Source: a bacterium (lineage in GTDB: Bacteria > CG03). Taken from it: DNA of 64,000 bases. Position numbers and translations under genes: made by a program. The notes below the pieces were generated by a model. It was not told where the DNA came from. It ran no database searches and saw only the letters and a program-made list of their open reading frames with translations. The stretch is taken from NCBI GenBank assembly GCA_043825615.1, contig JBDRRS010000014.1:31029-95028 (forward strand), written 5' to 3'. Shown piece after piece: positions 37,868 through 47,180 of this stretch (its first letter is position 1; each line of letters begins with the position of its first letter).

Positions 37868-39076
37868 TTACCATGAAGGTCCAAGTTCTTTCCAGGAAAC
37901 CTGTTTTATATTAAGTTCGGTTGTTTCAACCTGCAGGGCTATAGCTTCATTATAATAAATGGATGTACCTCCCATACCACCTGCAACCCCTATAGCCTGA
38001 ATGCACCCATTTATAACAGGCGACCCATTTGCCGATATAGTCCCCCCCACATAAATAAACCCTTCAACAGCAATTTTTGCAGGTGTAAAATGGTATTGTG
38101 GGTAGTCAGGATTTGCCGGGCTTGCAAAATTATTAGTCCAATACTGCTTTGCGCTCTGTAACGGCGCAACAACTATGTCCTTTTGATATTCATCTTCCGC
38201 ATTATCAGGGATGTCTGCATAGTATGTACCCTTGCCGCTGCCGTTTAAGTACAGATTTCCTTTTACAATAAGAGTCCCCACAAGATAAGAATTTTTCAAT
38301 TCGCAATTACCTTCAATATAATACACTGTTGGTTCATCTCCGTGGGTATCTTCTATGGCATTCGGCGTTTTAATATTATGGTCACCAGCCCAGTAGGTGC
38401 CGGTGGTTGTGGCTTTCGCTAGATAATAAGGAAAGTTTATTCCCGGAGGCGACTTAACACTGCTATCATGCGCCCAATACTCAATATTATCAGTATCGGG
38501 AGGAGTACGTCCGATGATGTCTCCTCCTGCATACTTCATGGGGAAGCAGTCCTGGGGATCTGCAGTTATATTTCCGATTGACTTTATCGGGCCCCAGTGC
38601 ACCTCTATATTACCTCCCATGTTTATAGTCGGCGCTGATATAGCCGCTTCAACCGCCGCGTGTTTAACTATCAGTTCAATTACTCTCACTTCGTTCGTTG
38701 AGGAGTCCCTTCCTCTTCCTATGATTTTTCTTTCGGTTTCCTCGGATGTTATTGAAATTACAATCTTATATGTGCCCCCTGCAATGTCTTCATAGACAAT
38801 ATCATTATTGTAACCGGCCACGGTTCCTTCGGCAAAGGAATCCCATACATCCTTTGATTCCCGCAATTTCCACAGGCCCCTGTCGGTGGCTGCCTCCGCA
38901 AGATGAAAAGCGGTTGTCGAACGCTTGTGTTTTGTCGTCATTTTTGTCTCATGACGCAGTAAATTAATAAGATTCGGCAGATACACCAGAAGGACGAGAA
39001 TAATAATCATTGCGAACACTAACGTCTGACCTTTCCGGGAATTGAACATTTCTTTTAAATTACTACGTTTATTCAT
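37868..39076 (-). CDS. PilX-N-domain minor pilin-like protein
   Basis: N-terminus RKGQTLVFAMIIILVLLV resembles the PilX N-terminal hydrophobic segment. 402 aa. It follows two prepilin-type genes on the same strand. Confidence 0.5.
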   Translation of the reverse strand: MNKRSNLKEMFNSRKGQTLVFAMIIILVLLVYLPNLINLLRHETKMTTKHKRSTTAFHLAEAATDRGLWKLRESKDVWDSFAEGTVAGYNNDIVYEDIAGGTYKIVISITSEETERKIIGRGRDSSTNEVRVIELIVKHAAVEAAISAPTINMGGNIEVHWGPIKSIGNITADPQDCFPMKYAGGDIIGRTPPDTDNIEYWAHDSSVKSPPGINFPYYLAKATTTGTYWAGDHNIKTPNAIEDTHGDEPTVYYIEGNCELKNSYLVGTLIVKGNLYLNGSGKGTYYADIPDNAEDEYQKDIVVAPLQSAKQYWTNNFASPANPDYPQYHFTPAKIAVEGFIYVGGTISANGSPVINGCIQAIGVAGGMGGTSIYYNEAIALQVETTELNIKQVSWKELGPSW

Positions 39077-39082
39077 CTATTG

Positions 39083-39595
39083 CTAATTCATTATTCTTAC
39101 AATCTGAACGGATAATTTTGAAGTTCTTGTTTTTTCAGCGTAGGTTTTTTGTTCCAGGCAAAGCCCGATGTTTACCGATGCATCATCACCGCTCTCAACG
39201 GTCGCGAAAGAAATCACCCTGACGTTTTCACCGAGTTCCTTTCCCGCTCCGCCATCTTTAGACCAGTAGAGTTTTAAGCCGCTCTGGTAGTATGAATAAG
39301 CGCTCCCGTTTATGTGAGTGAAATCTATTTTACTGCAGGGAGGGTCGTCGGCTGAATTTCTGCTGATTGTTATTGTTCCCGCCTGCGCCTGCCGCAGGGG
39401 TCTGTTTATCAAATAAAGCATTCGTCTTGCGCCTTCCTGAACGTTTATCCTCGCTGAGTTCTGCCGCCAGGTCCTGAAACCCTGAAAGAACATTTGCCCC
39501 AGAACCAGAGAGATAATTCCGATTATTGCCGTTGTGATGAGCGTTTCAATCAGAGTTAAACCTTTACATTTTTTCATTTGCTTGCTCATGGCCAT
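39083..39595 (-). CDS. Type IV pilin-like protein (prepilin-type N-terminal cleavage/methylation domain)
   Basis: N-terminus KGLTLIETLITTAIIGIISLV has the class III signal motif G-(F/L)TLIE. 170 aa. Confidence 0.65.
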   Translation of the reverse strand: MAMSKQMKKCKGLTLIETLITTAIIGIISLVLGQMFFQGFRTWRQNSARINVQEGARRMLYLINRPLRQAQAGTITISRNSADDPPCSKIDFTHINGSAYSYYQSGLKLYWSKDGGAGKELGENVRVISFATVESGDDASVNIGLCLEQKTYAEKTRTSKLSVQIVRIMN

Positions 39596-41463
39596 GTAAA
39601 ATTAACCTGAGCGGTTGTGCCGACGGTCAGGTCTGCTGTTCCAGGGTCGTCTCTTGTTGTTGTCGTTCCGTCCCACGAGTCGTTTATTTCCGTGTACCAT
39701 GCGTAAACGTTATATGTATATCCCACCCGCGCCTTTATTTCGTATTCCCCTTCAGTGTGACTTATTCCGCCGTAGTTACCCGCTGCTCCGACGTTCATAT
39801 CAGGAGGAGGGTCGCTGATTGTGCCTGTTGAAGCAATTATAAGAACCCCTGTTGTAATCGGTTCGCCGGTGTCCGTAACATTTCCGCTGATATAACCCCA
39901 TGCGCGGGTTATGGTAAAATCACAACCGGAGGCGTTTCCTCCTTTGACAACTACGGTGTTCACGCTTGCAGGGATTGAAACATCTTCCGCGTCCTTAATC
40001 GGCGCTACTGTGTAAGGATTCCGGGTAAATAACCCCATTTGCGTCGGGAGCTGCGTGATTTCATAATAGCCGTCCGCATCGGACAATCCAACGCCTCTTT
40101 CTATGAGGGCCTTGTCAACCGCTCTGACGACCATTCCGGGAAGTTTGTCAACGCCGCCTGCGGTGTAAACGGTTCCCGAAATTTTGCCGGCAGGGTAAAT
40201 TCTCATCTCGTCGGCCTGAACGTTCTGCCCTGCGGAAACGTCAACGTTTGTTGTATCTGTTGTATAACTCGGGTTATCGCCGCCCGGGTTTGCCGTGACG
40301 GTGATATCGGTGCCCGCATCAACGTTTTCAATTGTATAAGACCCTGTGGTTTTTGTAAAACTTTCGCTCCCCCCGCCGCTGACCCTAATGTCCTTGTGGT
40401 CGCCGCTGTCGTCCTTGAAAACCAATCCGGAAATACTCCCTGATGTGGCATCGGTATCCAGCAGGATGTCGTAATATACCCGCTCGTCTACCACTTCAAC
40501 AACAACCGTTGTGCTTCCGGAAAGATCAAGAGGGGTTCCTGTCGTTGCAAATATTGTCCAGGTTCCCGTTGACACCTCAAGAAGTTCAAAATACCCATTT
40601 ACATCTGAATCATCGGAAACTGATGTCTCGTCATTGCAGGTAATTGTTGCGAAGGGGACGGTTGCGCCGTCGGTTAAGCCCCCTGTTGATATTATTACAT
40701 AACCCTTTATTTTTCCTTTTCCCAGTGCTGTCAGGTCAAGTTTAAAACCACCCGCAATGTCAATATCAATATTTACCGTATCCCCTTCGGTTACTGCATA
40801 TGGATTGTTAGGGGCTGCTTGCTTTGAGAAATAACCTTTCTTTGAGGCATTCAGGTTCCAGTCGCCGGTTGAGACCTTTATTTCATAGTCGCCGTTCACA
40901 TCGGTTGAAGCCGACCAATTCGGATTTTCAACAACATATACCGTCGCCGCCATAATTGCGCCTCCGCCCGAAGCGTTCCGTACTCTCCCCGTTATTGTTC
41001 CGCTGAGCGGCGCCCTGTCGGGGTTCTGCCGCAGGTTATAAATGGTGACGGTTTTGGCATTTTCGTTTTCCGTCCAGGTTACTTCAACTTTTATTCTTTT
41101 CAAACCCTCATCGGGGTCGGCGGCGTCTATAACTTCAATGTCTCCGCCGGGTGTTTCTCTTACTTTTCTCACGGTTACATAGCGGGTAAAATCCTTTCTT
41201 TTAACGGTGTAAGTTACCGGAGGATAATAAACGGTGTCATAGTCGGGGATTGTTGTGGTCGTTACGTAGAGACGGGGGTAGGTGAGTTTTTTCAGCGTTT
41301 CCACTTTCTCGTGGGCGATGTTTACCGCGATTGTCTTGTTCTGCGTGCGGATTAAGCCGGTGCCTATTCCCATAAATCCTTTTGTCAGCGCCAGGAAAGC
41401 GATGGACACAATCAGTACGGTGATGACGACTTCAATCAGCGAAAAACCTTTATTGGGTTTCAT
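39586..41463 (-). CDS. Large minor-pilin-like protein (625 aa) with a prepilin N-terminus and carboxypeptidase-regulatory-like beta-sandwich repeats
   Basis: N-terminus KGFSLIEVVITVLIVSIAF. Internal GxxRNASGGG...TDVNGDYEI-type Cna/CarboxypepD_reg-like segments. SD aggaag lies 5 nt before the ATG. Confidence 0.6.
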   Translation of the reverse strand: MKPNKGFSLIEVVITVLIVSIAFLALTKGFMGIGTGLIRTQNKTIAVNIAHEKVETLKKLTYPRLYVTTTTIPDYDTVYYPPVTYTVKRKDFTRYVTVRKVRETPGGDIEVIDAADPDEGLKRIKVEVTWTENENAKTVTIYNLRQNPDRAPLSGTITGRVRNASGGGAIMAATVYVVENPNWSASTDVNGDYEIKVSTGDWNLNASKKGYFSKQAAPNNPYAVTEGDTVNIDIDIAGGFKLDLTALGKGKIKGYVIISTGGLTDGATVPFATITCNDETSVSDDSDVNGYFELLEVSTGTWTIFATTGTPLDLSGSTTVVVEVVDERVYYDILLDTDATSGSISGLVFKDDSGDHKDIRVSGGGSESFTKTTGSYTIENVDAGTDITVTANPGGDNPSYTTDTTNVDVSAGQNVQADEMRIYPAGKISGTVYTAGGVDKLPGMVVRAVDKALIERGVGLSDADGYYEITQLPTQMGLFTRNPYTVAPIKDAEDVSIPASVNTVVVKGGNASGCDFTITRAWGYISGNVTDTGEPITTGVLIIASTGTISDPPPDMNVGAAGNYGGISHTEGEYEIKARVGYTYNVYAWYTEINDSWDGTTTTRDDPGTADLTVGTTAQVNFTWP

Positions 41464-41785
41464 TTTTACTTCCTGCTATAATTATACAACGAAAAGCCCT
41501 AAATGAAAAGCCGCAAAAGTTATAGCGCCCGTTGTTCCCACTTTGACAAAGGGGTTTTGACAAGGGTCGGGGTCAGGGCAATGGGGGAGTTTACATAATC
41601 AAGATTATCGGGCAGATTCTTTGATTCTTATTAAGAAATTATAAAGCGCAGTAAATTTGTCAGTTTCCTATTATTTCATTTAGACCGTCAATAACTTGGG
41701 CTAATTCCTCTGATTGCACTCTACCCATTCTCTTACCAATTCGTTCCACGGAAAGTATTCGAATTAGCCCAACGAATTTCTCCCC

Positions 41786-42028
41786 TCAGTATTTTGGCCA
41801 TTTCTTTATTTCCTCGGATAGACCTTCTTCAGCCATTGCCTTCTCGAAGGATGGATCGAGTTTAGCGCACTCTCTGGATAGACGGTTGCGTTCCATTCGT
41901 TCCAGCTTTTCCCGAACAGCTTCCTGAATTGCCCGGCTCCGGTTAATAAAAATATGTTCCTTGACGAGTCTATCCAAGCATTCTACCGTACCCCGCTCCA
42001 TACTGATTGCAATTTTAGCGCTATTCAT
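41786..42028 (-). CDS. Ribbon-helix-helix (CopG/ParD-like) DNA-binding protein, orphan
   Basis: 80 aa. The N-terminal beta-strand-helix-helix pattern (KIAISMERGTVECLDRLVKE...SRAIQEAVREKL) fits RHH. No intact toxin partner. It lies upstream of the pilin-like operon. Confidence 0.55.
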   Translation of the reverse strand: MNSAKIAISMERGTVECLDRLVKEHIFINRSRAIQEAVREKLERMERNRLSRECAKLDPSFEKAMAEEGLSEEIKKWPKY

Positions 42029-42157
42029 AAGACCCCCTCTTTCCCCGGTACTACCATTATCATACCGCGAATTTTATCAAGTGTCACGGCGAGCGACGGG
42101 TGGTAGCTGGGTATAATCGCTAAAATTCCAGAGAAACCCCTGCGCTGAATTCCGGAA

Positions 42158-44083
42158 TTAAAATTTAAGCGAAATTCCCCCTGTAAAACTCCTCAAAGAG
42201 GCAGGGTAATAAGTTCCGGAGTATGCGCTTTCGCAGTATTGTTTGTTCCCGACGTTTTTTACCGCGAGAAAGATTTCTTCGTTGTTCAGCGTTTTTGTAA
42301 TTTTCATATCGACAACCCCGTAACCCGCAAGTTTGTTTTTCTGAACATAATCGCTTCCGAAAAATCTGTCGCTTATTCCGTTAGCGCTCATATTTATTTT
42401 TAAATTCCCGGCCGGTCTGATTCCCAACTTGATACCGCATTTGTGCTTCGGGACAAGAGGTATATCTTTTCCGTCATAAACGCCCGATTCGAATTCCCCG
42501 CGGGTGTATGAATAAGACAATGAGGCGTCCAGCAATTCATTAAAAGCGCGCCCGAAATTCAATTCCGCGCCGTTTCTTATCGTGGGGGAAGGGTAATTTT
42601 CGTTTAACCAGGAGATATTGTTGTAATAAATTTCATCCTTGATTTTATCGTGAAATACGGAAACATAAGCGTTAAAATCACTTCCCTGGTATTTTAATCC
42701 CGCCTCTTTTTCGGTGTTTTTCTGGGGTAGAAGCGCCGGATTATAGGCGCCCCAGGATACATATTCGTCGCTGCGGGGCATTCGGAATGCTCTGGAAAAC
42801 CGCAGGTAAAAGTTCAAACGGGAAGTTAAAAGAAATCCGGCGCCCATATTCAGCGCCCGCAGGTTTTCGGCATTAGTATAAGATTTTCCTGCCGATTCAT
42901 CATCGATGGATTGTTTAAAATTCTCCCTTCTCCCGCCGATATCAATCGAAAACGGGTGAAAGAATAAACCGATTTTAAGAAAGGCGGCGTTGTTTTTTCT
43001 TTTCACATTCTGATCGTCATTTGCAACTGTGGGGGCTAAATTCTGCTCAATGGGCCTGACGTTATAGAATGTATCGTAAATTTCTCCGCCGCCGAGAGCC
43101 GTAAGCGTTTTGTCCGAATACTGAAATTTTTGTTCTCCCGAAAGAGAGCGGGTGTAATGATTTTTATAACTCGGCCAGGAATCCATAAAGCTCAAAGCGT
43201 CCCGCATCGTGAAGGAAACATCCGTAATTCCTTCGATATTTCCAATGCCGTATTTGGTGCTGAAAATGGAATGTAAATCTCTGGTTTTGCCGTAATCCTC
43301 GGGAGTGTAGGTTTTTTTTAAGTCCTTTTTTTCCCAGTCCGCCTGCAGAATGTAACCGGGCAAACCGTATCTGTCCTGGTGCATTTGCATAAACAAATTC
43401 CAGGGAAGAGTGTTTTGCCGGTTTTCAATCTGTCCCGACATATTAAGCGATTCTACCTGATTGTTGTCGCGGAAACCCTGATTGAATCTGTGAGAAAAGT
43501 TCATGAAATACGCCAAATCCCCATCCTGTCCGTCGATGCCGAACAAAGAATCGGCGCCTTTGAAACTTGAATATGAAAAACCGAGCCGTTTTTCTTTTTT
43601 GGAAGGTGTTTTTGTAATAATATTTATTACCCCGCCCGTTGCGCCGTCTCCGTAAAGGGAACTCATCCCCCCGCGTATTATTTCCACTCTTTCCACGCCG
43701 TTGAGAGAAATCTGACTCAAATCAACATTTGATATATCCGCGTTGTTGAATTTTCTTCCGTTGATTAAGATTACGGAATTCATCGCGGCGGCTTCCCCGT
43801 AACCTCTTATATCAACGCTTGATTTTACCTTGTTGCCGGTCACATCCTGAATAAAAATTCCTGCTTCGTATTTTAAAAGCTCGGCAATGTTGTCTGCTGA
43901 GGAGTCCTTAATTTCATCGCTGTCTATAACCGTTATGCTGTTCGGAGATTTAAAAGATTCTATCTCCCATCCTTTTTGGGGAGTAACGACAATCGTTCCG
44001 AGGTCGCCGAGATAATCGCCGGCGAAGCCGGCGCCCGAAAGAAACAGAAACAGACCCGAAAAAAGTAAAAAAGTTTTCTTCAT
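42158..44083 (-). CDS. btuB: TonB-dependent outer-membrane receptor (BtuB-like cobalamin receptor)
   Basis: Signal peptide MKKTFLLFSGLFLFLSGAGFA, a TonB-box/plug region, a 22-strand barrel length, and the C-terminus ends in F. A cobalamin-riboswitch-like leader lies immediately upstream. The longest ORF extends to 44182 across the leader. Confidence 0.75.
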   Translation of the reverse strand: MKKTFLLFSGLFLFLSGAGFAGDYLGDLGTIVVTPQKGWEIESFKSPNSITVIDSDEIKDSSADNIAELLKYEAGIFIQDVTGNKVKSSVDIRGYGEAAAMNSVILINGRKFNNADISNVDLSQISLNGVERVEIIRGGMSSLYGDGATGGVINIITKTPSKKEKRLGFSYSSFKGADSLFGIDGQDGDLAYFMNFSHRFNQGFRDNNQVESLNMSGQIENRQNTLPWNLFMQMHQDRYGLPGYILQADWEKKDLKKTYTPEDYGKTRDLHSIFSTKYGIGNIEGITDVSFTMRDALSFMDSWPSYKNHYTRSLSGEQKFQYSDKTLTALGGGEIYDTFYNVRPIEQNLAPTVANDDQNVKRKNNAAFLKIGLFFHPFSIDIGGRRENFKQSIDDESAGKSYTNAENLRALNMGAGFLLTSRLNFYLRFSRAFRMPRSDEYVSWGAYNPALLPQKNTEKEAGLKYQGSDFNAYVSVFHDKIKDEIYYNNISWLNENYPSPTIRNGAELNFGRAFNELLDASLSYSYTRGEFESGVYDGKDIPLVPKHKCGIKLGIRPAGNLKINMSANGISDRFFGSDYVQKNKLAGYGVVDMKITKTLNNEEIFLAVKNVGNKQYCESAYSGTYYPASLRSFTGGISLKF

Positions 44084-44094
44084 CTTTTCCTCCT

Positions 44095-44215
44095 GCGAAG
44101 ATACTTCCCAGGATAAGCAGTGGACCAGGCTCGTCCGCACGAGGCGGAAATTACTGTTGCGCGGCAGCGCCCCGAATCTCACGGAGACTTCCCCTACCTA
44201 TCCGGCTAAACAGAA
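44095..44215 (-). promoter_or_regulatory. Cobalamin riboswitch-like leader upstream of btuB
   Basis: The - strand reads ...GGGGAAGTCTCCGTGAGATTCGGGGCGCTGCCGCGCAACAGTAA...GAGCCTGGTCCACTGC..., matching the conserved GGGAAG / GGTGA-AATCC / GCTGCCCCCGCAAC-GTAA / B12-box AGCC-GG---CTGC blocks. Confidence 0.65.
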
Positions 44216-44247
44216 CTAGTCAATTCTACTTGCTTTATTAAAATCAC

Positions 44248-44427
44248 TCAATAGACATTTTTGGACATAGATGTCCTGCCTGTAATTCTTGAGACCTGCC
44301 TGACGGAAAGGCCGAATTTTCCGGCGATGACTTTCAATAATTTTCCCTTTTTTCTCAACAGTATTATTTCCTTGTCCCGCTGCGCCAGGTAATGCCTGAA
44401 AATGTTATTAAGTTTCTTTTTGTTCAT
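44248..44427 (-). CDS. Small hypothetical HTH-type protein (60 aa)
   Basis: MNKKKLNNIFRHYLAQRDKEIILLRKKGKLLKVIAGKFGLSVRQVSRI has a sigma-70 region-4-like HTH. The ATG lies 1 nt after the btuD stop. The longest ORF (to 44547) overlaps btuD. Confidence 0.3.
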   Translation of the reverse strand: MNKKKLNNIFRHYLAQRDKEIILLRKKGKLLKVIAGKFGLSVRQVSRITGRTSMSKNVY

Positions 44428-44428
44428 T

Positions 44429-45190
44429 TCAAAAAGCGGGCAGTACCGACCATGCTTTCCCGTGCGGCTTTGAAATTGCGACTTTTGTTTCGTAGAGGAA
44501 AGAAATTTTTTCTTCGGTGAGTTCGTCTCTGTCCGTAATTTCGGCAATTTTTCCGTTTTTCAGGAGGATGAATTTCTCGGCGATATTTACCGCATCGTTC
44601 AAGTCGTGAAATGTTATGACGAGTGTTTTTCCGCCGCTCTTTTTAAGTTCCAGAACTTTCCGGAAAAATTTTACCCTGTGACGGATGTCCAGATGTGCGG
44701 TCGGCTCGTCCATAAGAATTATATCGGTGTTTTTCGCAATAATCTGAGCGAGGACGCACCTCTGCTTCTGCCCCGTTGAAATCTCATTTATTTTTCTGTT
44801 CTTTATTTTCGAAATATCCAGCGCTTCCATTGTCTTTTCGACGATTTCCGCGTCCTCTTCGCTTCCCCAGAAATGCCTGTTCACCGCAAACCTGCCCATC
44901 TCAACGAATTCACTGACGCTGAATTCAAAGGGAATGAAGACCTCCGACGGCGAGAATGAAACTTTTTTTGCGGTTTCTTCCGTTTTCATTTTAAAAATGT
45001 TTTTCCCGTCTAAAAATATCTGCCCGCTGTGGAACGGGATGTCGGCGAGAAGCGAGCGGAGGAAGGTCGTCTTGCCCGAAGCGTTCGGACCTATCAGCGC
45101 GTAAATCAGGGAGCCGCCGATTTTGCAGGCAATGTCGTTTAAGACGAAACTTTTGCTGTATCCTGCTGAAAAATTTTTAACCTCAATCAT
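44429..45190 (-). CDS. btuD: Cobalamin/iron-siderophore ABC transporter ATP-binding protein
   Basis: Walker A GPNASGKTT, signature region, Walker B ILMDEPTAHLD. The ATG at 45190 forms an ATGA overlap with the btuC stop. Confidence 0.75.
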   Translation of the reverse strand: MIEVKNFSAGYSKSFVLNDIACKIGGSLIYALIGPNASGKTTFLRSLLADIPFHSGQIFLDGKNIFKMKTEETAKKVSFSPSEVFIPFEFSVSEFVEMGRFAVNRHFWGSEEDAEIVEKTMEALDISKIKNRKINEISTGQKQRCVLAQIIAKNTDIILMDEPTAHLDIRHRVKFFRKVLELKKSGGKTLVITFHDLNDAVNIAEKFILLKNGKIAEITDRDELTEEKISFLYETKVAISKPHGKAWSVLPAF

Positions 45191-46107
45191 TTTTTTCCAT
45201 AAAGCCAGATAAAATACGGCGCGCCGACGAGAGCGGTGATAACCCCTACGGGGATTTCCATCGGGTAGAGAATACTCCGGGCAAGAATGTCCGAACAGAT
45301 TAGAAGACACGCTCCGGTGGCGCCGGAACTTATGATTAAAAATCTGGCGTCCGCGCCTGTAAATTTCCTCGCAATGTGGGGCGCCATGAGCCCGACGAAG
45401 CCCACTGTCCCTGAGATGGAAACGGCCGCCCCGACGAGGAGGGAGGCAATGATAAGCAGGTTTTTGGACGATTTGTTAAAGTCAATTCCGAGCTGGCGGC
45501 TGAGCCCGTGTCCGAAAGAAACGGCGTTCAGGATTCTCGCGTTAAGAAACAGGCCCGCCGAAAAGATAACTGTTATAAAAGCGGAAGTTACAATGAGTGA
45601 AGTGTTCGTTTCGCTCAGGTCGCCCATCATAAAGTACAAAACGGAAAACGCCTCTTTTCTTTTCAGGGTGATAATCAGTATGACGAGAGCGGAGAGAAAA
45701 AAATTCAGCGCCACGCCGGAAAGGATGAGGGTATTTCTTGAGAGGAACTTTCCGGAAATTCTGAGGACGATGTAAACCGCAAGGCAGGAGGAAAGACCGG
45801 CTGTCAGGGGGTAGATTACGCCTGTCCGCGCAATGCCGAACAGAATCAGCAGCGCAGTGCCGAGAGCCGCTCCCGAAGAACTTCCGAGCAGGTATGGGTC
45901 CGCCAAGGGGTTGGAGAAAACCATCTGAAAAGCAACCCCTGCCTCCGCCAGAGCGAATCCGCAGATTCCGGCGACGAGAATTCTCATCAGCCGGATTTTC
46001 ACGATTTCAGGCGCAGGCCACCCGCCGGCGGTTAAGGAAATGAGGGCGGAAACAGCGACAGCAAGGGCGCTTATTACCAGAATTTTAAAAAATTTACTTT
46101 TTTGCAT
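45187..46107 (-). CDS. btuC: FecCD-family ABC permease (BtuC-like)
   Basis: 306 aa with about 9 TM helices of the FecCD fold. It lies between the binding-protein and ATPase genes. Confidence 0.8.
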   Translation of the reverse strand: MQKSKFFKILVISALAVAVSALISLTAGGWPAPEIVKIRLMRILVAGICGFALAEAGVAFQMVFSNPLADPYLLGSSSGAALGTALLILFGIARTGVIYPLTAGLSSCLAVYIVLRISGKFLSRNTLILSGVALNFFLSALVILIITLKRKEAFSVLYFMMGDLSETNTSLIVTSAFITVIFSAGLFLNARILNAVSFGHGLSRQLGIDFNKSSKNLLIIASLLVGAAVSISGTVGFVGLMAPHIARKFTGADARFLIISSGATGACLLICSDILARSILYPMEIPVGVITALVGAPYFIWLYGKK

Positions 46108-46990
46108 CGGGCGTACGCAAGTAAGGCGGAGACGGTTTCTTTTCGGTATGTTTTTCCCCCAGTAATTTTGAGATGCGCCATCTGATTTCCCACATTCCCT
46201 CCACGATGCGGGGTCCGGGTCTTACGAGAATATCGGGGTTCGTCATAGAAATTATTTTTCCCCCGGAAAAAAAAGGATAAATCGAAAGGAATTCCTGAAC
46301 GGAAGTTCCCGTCAGGAGAATGAAGTCGGGTTTTTTCTTTATGAGCCACTCGACATTTATCTGCGGATAACTGTGAGGAAGAGTGCACACGTTCCGCAGC
46401 CCCAGCGTTCGGCACACGGAACTTAAAAAAGTGGGTTTAGAAGCGGCGATGAGCGGTTTGGAGCAGACCTCTATGAATACCGTTTTATTTTTTATTTTGG
46501 GAATCTGTTTAATTTCGCCCTTCATTTTCAGAAGGAGTTTTTCCGCATTTTTCTTTTCCCCTATGATGGTTCCTATCTCTGAAATTTGCTTAAAAAGTTC
46601 GTCAACGGTTTCCGGGTGGTAAATTCTTATCTCGTAACCGAGATTTCCGAGAGACCGTAATACTTTTCCCTGGCCGGGCCCTGCCGCAAAAATTTTTGTG
46701 GGTTTCAGCAGGATTATTTTTTCGATTGACGGGAATGAAAAGTCGCCGACCCGCTCTTTTCCCGAAACCTCCTTCGGCCAGTTGCAGAAATTTGTGACGC
46801 CGGCAAGGTTTTTCTCGCCTTTGAGAGCATAAATTATTTCGGTTACCGCCGGGGACAGTGAAACAATTCTGAGTTTTTTCGGAGTTTCCCGCCGTCCGCA
46901 GGATATTGCCAGCAGTAAGAGAATAAATGGAATAAATGGTAAAGGAATAAATGGGGTCAGGTCTTGCAATGCAACATTTATTTTTTTCAT
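46094..46990 (-). CDS. btuF: Periplasmic cobalamin/siderophore-binding protein (BtuF-like, class III SBP)
   Basis: IVSLSPAVTEIIYALKGEKNLAGVTNFCNWP matches the BtuF/FhuD N-lobe. A cobalamin riboswitch-like element lies in the leader. Confidence 0.7.
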   Translation of the reverse strand: MKKINVALQDLTPFIPLPFIPFILLLLAISCGRRETPKKLRIVSLSPAVTEIIYALKGEKNLAGVTNFCNWPKEVSGKERVGDFSFPSIEKIILLKPTKIFAAGPGQGKVLRSLGNLGYEIRIYHPETVDELFKQISEIGTIIGEKKNAEKLLLKMKGEIKQIPKIKNKTVFIEVCSKPLIAASKPTFLSSVCRTLGLRNVCTLPHSYPQINVEWLIKKKPDFILLTGTSVQEFLSIYPFFSGGKIISMTNPDILVRPGPRIVEGMWEIRWRISKLLGEKHTEKKPSPPYLRTPDAKK

Positions 46991-47021
46991 AAAAATAAAA
47001 AGCCCGCATCAGGCGGGCTTA
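46991..47021 (-). terminator. Hairpin AAGCCCGCCTGATGCGGGCTT plus U-tract immediately 5' of the btuF start codon. Putative riboswitch expression platform (attenuator) or RBS-sequestering stem.
   Basis: Direct reading on the - strand: aagcccgcctgatgcgggctttttatttttATG. Confidence 0.4.
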
Positions 47022-47104
47022 CGGGAAACTTATATCCTTCACCGCCGTTAGAGGATTGACCTCTAATGGGGCATGGGCCTTTCGCTTCCACCTCCCGCGA
47101 GGAA

Positions 47105-47180
47105 AAAAAATTTCTGCAGGTCTCCGGGCTTTAACCGTTGCGGGGCAGCGGCCGGTTTTCACGGCGCTTTCCCTGCAAAA
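47105..47180 (-). promoter_or_regulatory. Compact cobalamin riboswitch-like element in the btuFCD leader, with a TTGACA-N18-TAAAGT promoter-like sequence just upstream (about 47181-47215)
   Basis: - strand: GCAGGGAAAGCGCCGTGAAAACCGGCCGCTGCCCCGCAACGGTTAAAGCCCGGAGACCTGC carries all the core blocks, including the B12 box AGCCCGGAGACCTGC. Confidence 0.55.

Noticed and set aside
41464-41560. Possible sigma54 (GG-N10-GC) promoter before the pilin-like operon, by analogy with sigma54-dependent pilA genes
   Set aside because: The spacing between the candidate GG and GC dinucleotides in GGCGCTATAACTTTTGC does not fit the -24/-12 consensus. A sigma70-like TATAAT plus SD is present instead.
41786-41801. 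22-codon ORF (MAKILRGEIRWANSNTFRGTNW) overlapping the end of the RHH gene, considered as a truncated toxin
   Set aside because: Too short, with no recognisable RelE/ParE/VapC motif. The region more likely serves as the promoter of the pilin-like operon.
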